A DNA stretch of 64,000 nucleotides from Geopsychrobacteraceae bacterium (GTDB taxonomy: Bacteria > Desulfobacterota > Desulfuromonadia > Desulfuromonadales > Geopsychrobacteraceae). The stretch's first letter is position 1. Every line of letters begins with the position of its first letter. The DNA lies in NCBI GenBank assembly GCA_963676795.2, contig CAXXTB010000002.1:704001-768000 (forward strand). Direction: 5' to 3'. The notes below the pieces were generated by a model. It was not told the DNA's origin, searched no databases, and saw only the letters and a list, made by a program, of their open reading frames with translations. A program made the translations under genes and the position numbers. Positions 19,524 through 28,377 of this stretch are shown here, in pieces.

Positions 19524-22343
19524 ATGCCAGGAGAAAAAAGAGGATTTGTCAGATCGGTACGGCGCTGGGGGCTGCTCCTGCTGGCGCTGCTCGCCCTGCT
19601 GATGACAGCAGTCATTCTCTATAATTACTTCACGGAGACGACCGAACGCGCCATACAGATGCGCAGCGAATTCCTCGAGGAGCAGAAACTCCTGCTCAGA
19701 ACAGAAGTCGAAGCTGGTATTGGACTTTTTGAACGGCAGGGAGAGCGACTCCTCGAAAGTGAAAAAAACCGTGTTCGTCAGATGGTCTATCAGGCTCATT
19801 CCGTCGCGTCTTTTATCTATGCCGAACATCATCAGCGTCTCGATGAACGTGCATTGACAACCATGATTGTAGATGCCATCAGAAATATCTATGTGGAAAA
19901 GGAGGATTACTTCTTTGTGACCAGCATGGATGGTGTGGCTTTTCTCAACGGCGGTGTCCCGGAGTTTGAGGGGCATAACCTCTACGAGGTCGCCGACGAA
20001 CGTGGCAGGCAGTTGACCAAAGATATCGAAAATCTGGTTAGACATGAGGGGGAGGGTTTTCATTCCTACTCTTGGCCACGGAGGGTTAAGGGTGGGGAAG
20101 TCAGTCGTAAAATTTCATTTGTTAAGGGGTTTGAACCTCTTGATTTTTTGATCGGCAGCGGGATCTATCTGGATGCTGTCGATCAGGGCCTCCGTCTGAT
20201 TGCAGAAGAACAGATCATCACCAGGCGGTTTGGGGCGGAGAACTCAGGCTACGTTTTTATTCAGGTGCTCCACGATATCAACGGCGGTGAGCGTTTCGCC
20301 AGCACCTTTGCCAGCCCCAATCGTCCGGAATGGGTCGGACAGTACATGTCCGATGCCTACCGGGACGCCAAAGGCAAGCAGTTTCGCAAGGAGTTGCTTG
20401 CCGGCCTGCGTGAAAACGGCGAGTGTTACGTGACCTTCTGGTATCGAAAAATCGGCGAAGATCAGCCCAGTCCCAAGCTTACTTTTTACAAGTTGAGCGG
20501 TGACCGGCAGTTCATCTTTGGCGCAGGTGTCTACCTTGACGATATCGAAAAGAGGATCGCTCTGGCCCAGCGTTCGCTGTGGCGGGATCTGGCCGTTGAA
20601 CTGGCCAGTTATTTTGTTCTGGTTCTGCTGGCGATGGGGGGGTTTTATCTGGCTCTGGCATGGTTGAGCCGCAAACTGGAACTGGATTTCGGGATTTTTG
20701 TCGACTTCTTTACCTCCGCAGTGAATCACAATGACGAAATTGATCGATCCCGGATCCGTTATGCCGAATTTGACCAACTGGCCGGATTTGCCAATTCCAT
20801 GGTTCGCGAACGTCTGGCGGCGGAACAGGAGCTGCTCGGTGAGCGTGAGCGTTTCGAGGTGATCGTCGGTTCGATTGCCGACGGGGTGATAGCGATAGAT
20901 CCGCATGGACTGGTCATGCTGCTCAACGAAGCGGCGCAAAAACTTTTGGCGGTTTCCGAAACCGAGGCTCTGGGGCGGCCGCTTGCCGAGGTGCTGAAGG
21001 CCGTCGATGATGACGGGCAGGCCGTTGATTTTCTGCAGCACTATGGTGATGAAACGTCTCAAGGAAGCAGCGTGGGGCGAGTTTTCCTGCAAGACGCAGA
21101 ACCACTTCGCCAGCTGGTCTACAGCTGTGCCCATATCTCTTCAGGGGGGGAACGGACGCAGGGGGCTGTTATCGTTTTCCGCGATGAGACCGAAAGGCTG
21201 CGCCAGGAAACCGAACAGTTTAATATCAAGCGGCTTGAATCTGTCAGCCTGCTGGCCGGCAGCATCGCCCACAGTTTCAATAACCTGCTGGCTGGACTGT
21301 TCGGCAACATCGAACTGGCCCAGCGTAAACTCGAAGCCGGGCACCGGGCGGCTCCCTATCTCGGGCTCGCCTATCAGTCTCTGGATCGTGCCGTTGCCCT
21401 GTCGAACCAGTTACTGGCTTTCTCGAAAAGCGGAGCCCCCCTGCTTGCTCCGACAGATCTGCTTTCTTTACTGAAGAGACAGATTCAGAAAATTGGTGAC
21501 CGTGACGGGCTGCAGTTGACGCTGACGCTGGCCGAAGACCTCTGGTCTGTCAATGCGGATAAGGGGCAGCTGGAATTCGCTGTCGATGTTCTGCTCGGAC
21601 GGGCGTTGCAGGCCATGCCACGCGGGGGGAGTCTGTCCATCTCCGCAGAGAATCTGGCTGCCCGGGAAGCGCTCTCATTCGGCTGTGCGGCCGAGGCGGT
21701 CAGGCTGGTTGTTCAGGATCAGGGGGGGAGTCTGTCGCAGGAGGCGCTGGAGCGGATCTTTGATCCTCAGTTTTCCACTGGCCAGGTTCAGTCCGAACTT
21801 GGCCTGGCGACGGTCCGTTCCATCGTTGAAAAACACAACGGGCGGATTATGGCAGAGATGGCGCCCGATCAGGGTGGGCTTCTTATCTCCCTGCTGCTTC
21901 CCGCCCTGCGACCTGCCGAGCTCCCCACTGGTGAGGACCCGGCGCCGTCTGCTGAGACCAGTGCGGAGCGGCCGCGGATCCTGGTTGTTGATGACGACGC
22001 AACGATTCTCAGCGTTCTTGAGCAGATGCTGGGGATGTGTGGCTACGCAGTTATCGCAGTGGCGGATGGGGACTCCGCGACGGAGGTCTTGCGCGAAAAT
22101 CTTGAGCGTGGTGCAGCTTTTTCCCTGGTGATTATCGACCTGACATTGCCGGATGAGGTCAAGGGCGAAATTGTGGCGGCCCGGATGAAGGATCTCTGCC
22201 CCGAGCTCAGAATCGTCGCCTCAAGCGGCCATTCGGTGAATGAGGTGATGGCCAACTTCCGGGATTACGGATTTTCCGGTCGATTGCTCAAGCCGTTCCA
22301 GTTTGCCGATGTCCGCAAGCTGCTCGATGAGGTGATGAAGTGA
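19524..22343 (+). CDS. Cache-domain/PAS hybrid sensor kinase-like protein with C-terminal REC
   Basis: TM-Cache-Cache-TM, PAS, H-box IAHSFNNLL, REC (VVDDD, IIDLTLP, KPF); ATP-binding boxes degenerate. Confidence 0.85.
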   Translation: MPGEKRGFVRSVRRWGLLLLALLALLMTAVILYNYFTETTERAIQMRSEFLEEQKLLLRTEVEAGIGLFERQGERLLESEKNRVRQMVYQAHSVASFIYAEHHQRLDERALTTMIVDAIRNIYVEKEDYFFVTSMDGVAFLNGGVPEFEGHNLYEVADERGRQLTKDIENLVRHEGEGFHSYSWPRRVKGGEVSRKISFVKGFEPLDFLIGSGIYLDAVDQGLRLIAEEQIITRRFGAENSGYVFIQVLHDINGGERFASTFASPNRPEWVGQYMSDAYRDAKGKQFRKELLAGLRENGECYVTFWYRKIGEDQPSPKLTFYKLSGDRQFIFGAGVYLDDIEKRIALAQRSLWRDLAVELASYFVLVLLAMGGFYLALAWLSRKLELDFGIFVDFFTSAVNHNDEIDRSRIRYAEFDQLAGFANSMVRERLAAEQELLGERERFEVIVGSIADGVIAIDPHGLVMLLNEAAQKLLAVSETEALGRPLAEVLKAVDDDGQAVDFLQHYGDETSQGSSVGRVFLQDAEPLRQLVYSCAHISSGGERTQGAVIVFRDETERLRQETEQFNIKRLESVSLLAGSIAHSFNNLLAGLFGNIELAQRKLEAGHRAAPYLGLAYQSLDRAVALSNQLLAFSKSGAPLLAPTDLLSLLKRQIQKIGDRDGLQLTLTLAEDLWSVNADKGQLEFAVDVLLGRALQAMPRGGSLSISAENLAAREALSFGCAAEAVRLVVQDQGGSLSQEALERIFDPQFSTGQVQSELGLATVRSIVEKHNGRIMAEMAPDQGGLLISLLLPALRPAELPTGEDPAPSAETSAERPRILVVDDDATILSVLEQMLGMCGYAVIAVADGDSATEVLRENLERGAAFSLVIIDLTLPDEVKGEIVAARMKDLCPELRIVASSGHSVNEVMANFRDYGFSGRLLKPFQFADVRKLLDEVMK

Positions 22344-22380
22344 GGAGGGATGCTGCTTCCGCAGCACTTAAACCGCAGCG

Positions 22381-25300
22381 CTAATCCTGCTGCGTCGTTG
22401 CTTCTTTCTTGATCCATTGCGCTATTGAGCGGAACAGATCCTCGATGTCGATCGGTTTGCCGATGTGATCGTTCATCCCCGCCTTGAAGGCTTTGTTGCG
22501 ATCAGCGACCATGGTGTTGGCGGTCAGGGCGAGGATCGGCAGGTCCTTGAAGCGGTCCTGTGCCCGGAGCTTGCGGGTTGCTGTATAGCCATCCATGACC
22601 GGCATCTGGCAATCCATCAGCACCCCGTCAAACTGTTCTTTGTCGAGCAGATCAAGGGCCTCCTGACCGTTGACCGCTGTACTGACCAGAACGCCGTTAC
22701 TGGTCAGCATCGCTCTGGCAAGTTCCAGGTTGACCGGATTGTCCTCTACCAGGAGGATTTTTGCTCCCTTGACCGCCTTGATATTGTCCTTCAGGCTGTG
22801 AGGCTTTCGACCGTCTGTGGTCGACGGCAGGCTGTTCTGCCCCAGCGCTTTGGTGATGCCGTCGAGCAGTGCCGGGACCGTGACCGGTTTGTTGAGGAAC
22901 CCGGCGATTTTGACATGTTTGGCCGCACCCATGGCGATTTCACGATTGAAACCGGTAATCAGGAGAATGGCCGGCGCAGCGTTGATTGATTTGTCCCGTT
23001 CGATTTTCTCCACCAGGGCAATGCCGTCAAGATCCGGCAGTTGCCAGTCGAGCAGCATCAGGTCAAAGGGGGCGATCTGGTCCATCTCCTGGAGCAGGTC
23101 CAGCGCCCGGTAGGCGCAGTCTGTCTGACTGACCTGCATGCCGAGGGTTTCCAGGATATTGACCAGGATCACCCTGGCGATTTCGTTGTCGTCAACCACC
23201 AGGACCCGGCGTTCCTTGAGGTTTTTACCAGCTTCAAGGGGGAGTGCAGTTTCTTCACGAACCTTCTCGAACTTTAGGGTGAAGTAGATTTTACTTCCCA
23301 GTCCCGGATTGCTTTCCAGCCACAGCTCGCCATCCATCAGATCGATCAGTTTGCGGCAGATACTCAAGCCCAGCCCTGTTCCCGCATACTGTTTCGACGC
23401 GCTCATATCCCCCTGTCGGTAGGGGGCGAAGAGTTTGTTGACCTGTTCTTCCGACATGCCGATGCCGCTGTCGCTGACGATAAAGCGCAGGGTCACCTGC
23501 CTGTCGGTCTCGGAATCAACGTCAACGCTGACCAGAACCTCGCCTTTACTGGTAAATTTCAGCGCGTTGCTGGTCAGGTTGAGAAGGATCTGTTCCAGGC
23601 GCATCCGGTCACCGAGCAGCTGGACCGGAACCTGGGGGGCAATCTGGTAGATCAGTTCAAGCTGTTTGTCTTCCGCGGCCAGGCCGTGGATGTCGCTGAG
23701 GTTGTTGAAGATGTCGTGCAGCGTGAAACGGGACTTTTCGAGATAGAACTGGCCCGTTTCCAGCTGAGAAAAATCGAGGATGTCATTGATGATGGCCAGC
23801 AGCCCCTGGGCAGATTTCTGGATTTTTTCAATATGGCCCCGCTGTTCCGCCTTTAGCTCTGACTGGAGCAGCAGGTAGGAGAAGCCGATGACGGCATTCA
23901 TCGGGGTGCGAATCTCATGCGACATGTTGGCCAGAAAGTCGGATTTAAGCTGAGAGGATTCTTCTGCTATCATGCGGGCATGTTCCAGCTCTTTCTGGGT
24001 CTGGGTCAGCTGGGAGATGTCGGTGCACCAGAACAGCAGGGCGTCTTCCCCTTGATATTTGATCCGGTTGACGTGGAGCATGGCATCGACCGGCCCGCGT
24101 TCGGTGTGGCGCATCTTGACTTCGAGACCCTCAACCTGACCGAATTCGCCGAGCAGCCTCATCACCTTCTGCTGATCCTCGGGATTGACGTAGACGCGTG
24201 CCGTGGGGTCGCCTTCACAGAGGCCCGAGACTTTGCGCATGGTCGGGTTACTGAACTGGACGATTCCGTTTTGGGAGATACCGACCGCGATCGGGCTGGT
24301 ATCCATGATTGTTTTCATAAGTGAGCGTTCATGGTCCAGTTCAACAAGCAGTTTTTTGCGGCGCCTGGCGGTTGCAGATATGGACACGAGCAGAACCAGC
24401 AGCAGCACGAATATGATGGCTGCTGCGGCTGTTTCCCAGAAATACTTTTCCAGGAAGGAGGCTTCAGCATAGAGAATGGTTGCATTCTCCGGAAGCCTGC
24501 TTAAGGGAATGTTCCAGCGCTTCAATTGCCGGGCATCATATATGTCGCGGTAAAACTCGAGGTTGTCCCGTCCCGGAAGTGTATTGTTTTTTACCGCCAG
24601 CAGACTTTTGGTGAATGTCGCGCCTATCGCTGCGTGTGAATAGAGATGGCCGCCAACGGTGCCGTTGCCGGCGTGAGACGCCCAGAAGGTGAAAACGGGA
24701 GCGTTGGCGCATTCAGCGATCTGGCTTTCAAACTGGGACGGAGAATAACTGTTTCCGTCCGGATCGCTCAAGTTGAGCCCCGAGGTCACGACACTGCCCT
24801 TCGGCAGCTTGGAAACCTTCAGGCAAAGTTCCGCAAAGGGCAAGTTTTTAAGGATGTTGACCTGCGGTTTGTCTTTGAGGTTGTCAAGGGCACGTTGAAT
24901 GCTCGAGAGATTTCTTTTGCCCAGGGGGGAGATATCTTCCGCAAAATGGTAAAGCTGACTGGCCTGAGTCAGGCTCAGTGCCCTGCGCAGGGCACTGGTA
25001 TAATCGGGAACACCGTTGAGCTGAATGTCCGTGTCTCTGATGGTACCGGGAGGAAAATCGTTGGCACCGTAATAACCGCGTAAGGCCTGTGGAAACAGTT
25101 CCGGATGGGAGCTCAGGAAGCGGCTGGCTGGAACATTGTCGGCCATGACAATGTCAATCCTGGTCTGTTGATATTTCTGTTGAATATACTGGGCAAAGAG
25201 TTTCTGATCGAGCTGCGGAATCCTCGCGCTATCAAGTGTTTCATTGAAGATCGAGGTTTTCAGGTGCTGGCGCTCCAGTTCGCTGTAAATCCCGCTGGAG

Positions 25301-25464
25301 AACTCCTGAGTATAGGGATCCTGACTGTTCCAGCTGCTGATGAGCAGAATGCCAAGAGGCTGGTCCTCGGCTGAGGAGGGTGCCGGTAATGAGATGAGCA
25401 GAACAAGAATGGCGCCGCTTAATAACTTGTTGAGTAGAGACAAGGTGTTGAAGCGTATGCTCAT
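22381..25464 (-). CDS. hybrid sensor histidine kinase with periplasmic binding-like domain, PAS and two REC domains
   Basis: MSHEIRTPMN, NLTSNALKFT, DSGIGM, GTGLGL; two receiver domains. Confidence 0.93.
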   Translation of the reverse strand: MSIRFNTLSLLNKLLSGAILVLLISLPAPSSAEDQPLGILLISSWNSQDPYTQEFSSGIYSELERQHLKTSIFNETLDSARIPQLDQKLFAQYIQQKYQQTRIDIVMADNVPASRFLSSHPELFPQALRGYYGANDFPPGTIRDTDIQLNGVPDYTSALRRALSLTQASQLYHFAEDISPLGKRNLSSIQRALDNLKDKPQVNILKNLPFAELCLKVSKLPKGSVVTSGLNLSDPDGNSYSPSQFESQIAECANAPVFTFWASHAGNGTVGGHLYSHAAIGATFTKSLLAVKNNTLPGRDNLEFYRDIYDARQLKRWNIPLSRLPENATILYAEASFLEKYFWETAAAAIIFVLLLVLLVSISATARRRKKLLVELDHERSLMKTIMDTSPIAVGISQNGIVQFSNPTMRKVSGLCEGDPTARVYVNPEDQQKVMRLLGEFGQVEGLEVKMRHTERGPVDAMLHVNRIKYQGEDALLFWCTDISQLTQTQKELEHARMIAEESSQLKSDFLANMSHEIRTPMNAVIGFSYLLLQSELKAEQRGHIEKIQKSAQGLLAIINDILDFSQLETGQFYLEKSRFTLHDIFNNLSDIHGLAAEDKQLELIYQIAPQVPVQLLGDRMRLEQILLNLTSNALKFTSKGEVLVSVDVDSETDRQVTLRFIVSDSGIGMSEEQVNKLFAPYRQGDMSASKQYAGTGLGLSICRKLIDLMDGELWLESNPGLGSKIYFTLKFEKVREETALPLEAGKNLKERRVLVVDDNEIARVILVNILETLGMQVSQTDCAYRALDLLQEMDQIAPFDLMLLDWQLPDLDGIALVEKIERDKSINAAPAILLITGFNREIAMGAAKHVKIAGFLNKPVTVPALLDGITKALGQNSLPSTTDGRKPHSLKDNIKAVKGAKILLVEDNPVNLELARAMLTSNGVLVSTAVNGQEALDLLDKEQFDGVLMDCQMPVMDGYTATRKLRAQDRFKDLPILALTANTMVADRNKAFKAGMNDHIGKPIDIEDLFRSIAQWIKKEATTQQD

Positions 25465-25627
25465 CCGGGTTCTTTCCTCCCATGATTATCAATGTATGGA
25501 AATATCTTGAAATACTATCGTCGCACTGCCTTTTATGCAAGATTTTTAATGTCTGGTCTTGTCTGAGCTGGGCGGCACTCAGCGTGATCCTTGTTTGGAA
25601 CAATTACTAAAAAAGTAATATTTACTG

Positions 25628-25656
25628 TTGACAAAGATTACCTTCTTGGTTATAAA
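25628..25656 (+). promoter_or_regulatory. near-consensus sigma70 promoter of candidate sRNA 1
   Basis: TTGACA-N17-TATAAA. Confidence 0.75.
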
Positions 25657-25662
25657 TAAGAC

Positions 25663-25769
25663 ATCGACGCCCTGTTGTGGCAGGCAAGGCGTTGAACCCA
25701 AGCTAGATATCTTAAAAACCTCTCAAAATGCTTACCCCGTGACTTCCTCCTGGTCACGGGGCTTTTTTT
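25663..25769 (+). ncRNA. candidate small RNA 1 with anti-SD (CCTCCT) terminator loop
   Basis: Promoter upstream; 5' hairpin TCGACGCC..GGCGTTGA; terminator CCCCGTGAC-ttcctcctg-GTCACGGGG-CT7; no convincing ORF. Confidence 0.6.
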
Positions 25770-25879
25770 ATGCGGGGATCTGGAACATTTCCTGGCTGAC
25801 CTGAGTGCCCGATTGTGCTATACGGAAATAACCTCTTAAAAAGACATGTTATTTTCTCTTTCGGGACCTGAATTCAGTT

Positions 25880-26797
25880 ATGTACAAGGACTATTTCGGT
25901 TTAAAGGCAGCTCCCTTTTCCATTGCGCCGGATCCTGAATTCCTCTATCTGAGCTCCCGCCATCATGAAGCGCTTGCTCATCTGCTCTATGGGATCAAGG
26001 CAGAAAACGGATTTGTGCTGTTGACGGGTGAGGTCGGGACCGGCAAGACCACGGTCTGCCGGGCGCTGTTGCATCAGATTCCCGAGAATGCTGAAATCGC
26101 TTTCATCATCCAGCCGCGGCTGAGCGTCCTTGAACTGCTTGAGACGATCTGTGACGAACTGAAGATCGACCGTCCCCGGGAAAATCGCAGTATCAAAACC
26201 TTTATCGATCTCATCAATCTGCATCTGCTCAAGAATCACAGCAAGGGCAAGCAGACGGTGCTGATCATCGATGAGGCCCAGAACTTAAGTATCGAGGTCC
26301 TGGAACAGATCCGTCTGCTGACCAACCTGGAGACCGATAAATACAAATTGCTGCGCATCATCATGCTCGGCCAGCCGGAACTGCTCGAGCTGCTCGATAA
26401 GCCCGAGCTTCGTCAGCTGGCCCAGCGGGTCACAGCGCGCTATCATCTGGAACCGCTCGACGCCGATGATGTGGCGGCCTACGTGACGCACCGGCTGAAT
26501 GTCGCAGGGGTCGAACGTCCCATCTTCACCGCTGCGGCAATAAAAAAGCTCAACAGTTTAAGCGACGGTATCCCCCGGGTGATCAATCTGCTCTGCGATC
26601 GCAGCCTGCTCGGGGCCTATGCGCTTGGCGAAAACACCGTGACTCCGGCGCTGGTCAAGCAGGCCGCCGAAGAGATTTTCAGCAGTGGTCATAACCGCCA
26701 GCCGGCAGATCCGGTCGGCCAGACCATTGTCGCGGCCTGTCTTGCCATCATCGCCCTGGCGCTGGCCGTTTTGGTCGTCAATCTCTGGGTCTTCTGA
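25880..26797 (+). CDS. ExeA/GspA-family AAA ATPase
   Basis: MYKDYFGLKAAPFSIAPDP, GEVGTGKTT, IIDEAQ, GQPEL, GIPRVIN; C-terminal TM. Confidence 0.9.
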   Translation: MYKDYFGLKAAPFSIAPDPEFLYLSSRHHEALAHLLYGIKAENGFVLLTGEVGTGKTTVCRALLHQIPENAEIAFIIQPRLSVLELLETICDELKIDRPRENRSIKTFIDLINLHLLKNHSKGKQTVLIIDEAQNLSIEVLEQIRLLTNLETDKYKLLRIIMLGQPELLELLDKPELRQLAQRVTARYHLEPLDADDVAAYVTHRLNVAGVERPIFTAAAIKKLNSLSDGIPRVINLLCDRSLLGAYALGENTVTPALVKQAAEEIFSSGHNRQPADPVGQTIVAACLAIIALALAVLVVNLWVF

Positions 26798-26811
26798 GTT
26801 CTTCTCGTTTA

Positions 26812-28377
26812 TTATTCACTTTTGCCATAGCCACCGCCACCCGGGGTCTCGATGCGGATCACGTCCCCCTTGTTCAGCCGTCTGGAAAACTTGCCCGGCA
26901 TCACTTCCCGCTGTCCGTTGCGGATCAGCAGGTTCTCTCCTTTCTGCCCGGCGTCCGCGCCGAACAGGCCGTAGGGTGCATGGACCCGGCGTTCGGAGAG
27001 AACCGTGATCTCGGCATCAGAGAGCAGTTTGATCTCACGGATCAACCCTTCACCACCCGCATGGGTGCCGGTGCCCCCTGATCCTTTGCGGATGGCATAT
27101 TCATTGACCAGAAACGGGTAACTGAATTCCAGCGCCTCAATCGGCGTATTGAGGGTGTTGGTCATGTGCGAATGGACTGCCGACTCTCCGGCGCTCCTGG
27201 CTGTTGCCCCGCAGCCACCGGCCAAGGTCTCGTAGTAGGCGAAGGGGAGATCTGTCCGTTCGTCTATGCCGCCGATGGTCGTATTGTTCATCGTCCCCTG
27301 GCTGGCCGCCGGAATCTGTTCAGGGATCGCCTGTGCCAGGGCACCGAGCACGACATCGACGATGCGCTGCGAGGTTTCGACATTGCCAGCAGCGACGGCG
27401 GCCGGGAAATGTGCATCGACGATCGTTCCCTGGTGGGTAACGACCTTGAGCGGCCGCAGACATCCGGCGTTGGTCGGGATCTCCTCGCTGACCAGGGCGC
27501 GAAAGACGTAGAGCACTGCCGAAAGGGTGATAGCGTAGACCGCGTTGACGCTGCCGCTGACCTGCGCGGCGCAATCGTTGAAATGGATCAGTGCTTCGTC
27601 AGCGACGATTTCGATGCTGACGCCGATGCGGATGTCGTGGCTCTCGATGCCGTCGTCGTCGAGCTGGTCGCTGAAGCTGTAAACCCCGTCCGGTATCGCG
27701 GCGATGGTCTGACGCATGACCTGCTCCGCGTAGTCGTTGAGGCTGGCGGCATAGCGGTTGACGGTGGCCGTGCCGTATTTGTCGAGCAGCTCTTCCGTTC
27801 TGCGTACGCCGGTCAGGTTGGCCATGATCTGGGCGGAGAAATCCCCCTCGCGCTCCACCGGGGTGCGGACATTGACGAGGATCTGGCCCAGCAGCTTGCG
27901 GTCGATCTCGCCCCGCTCGACGAGCTTGACCGGCGAGATGATCACCCCTTCCTGGTAGAGGGAGGTTGACAGCGGCATCGAACCGGCGGCTATGCCGCCG
28001 ACGTCGGCGTGGTGGGCGCGGTTGGCGACAAAATAGACCGGCCTGTCGTGCCCGCAGAAGACCGGCGCGACCAGGGTGATGTCGGGCAGGTGGGTGCCTC
28101 CCTGGAACGGGTTGTTGAGCATGACCATGTCGCCGGGAGCGAAGTCGCTGGCGGCAATCGCCGCCTTGACCGAGAGCGGCATCGAGCCGAGGTGGACCGG
28201 AATGTGCGCGGCCTGGGCAATCATGTCCCCCTGCTGATCGAAGATGGCGCATGAGTAGTCGCGGCGTTCCTTGATGTTCGGTGAGAAGGCGGTGCGCCCC
28301 AATGAGACGCCCATCTCTTCGGCGATGGCGGCAAAGCGGTTCTTGAAGACCTGCATCAGGATCGGGTTGATGGTCAT
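26812..28377 (-). CDS. hydantoinase B / oxoprolinase family subunit
   Basis: SPNIKERRDYSCA, HIPVHLGSM, GGTHLPD, HHADVGG, TPGGGGYG. Confidence 0.93.
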   Translation of the reverse strand: MTINPILMQVFKNRFAAIAEEMGVSLGRTAFSPNIKERRDYSCAIFDQQGDMIAQAAHIPVHLGSMPLSVKAAIAASDFAPGDMVMLNNPFQGGTHLPDITLVAPVFCGHDRPVYFVANRAHHADVGGIAAGSMPLSTSLYQEGVIISPVKLVERGEIDRKLLGQILVNVRTPVEREGDFSAQIMANLTGVRRTEELLDKYGTATVNRYAASLNDYAEQVMRQTIAAIPDGVYSFSDQLDDDGIESHDIRIGVSIEIVADEALIHFNDCAAQVSGSVNAVYAITLSAVLYVFRALVSEEIPTNAGCLRPLKVVTHQGTIVDAHFPAAVAAGNVETSQRIVDVVLGALAQAIPEQIPAASQGTMNNTTIGGIDERTDLPFAYYETLAGGCGATARSAGESAVHSHMTNTLNTPIEALEFSYPFLVNEYAIRKGSGGTGTHAGGEGLIREIKLLSDAEITVLSERRVHAPYGLFGADAGQKGENLLIRNGQREVMPGKFSRRLNKGDVIRIETPGGGGYGKSE

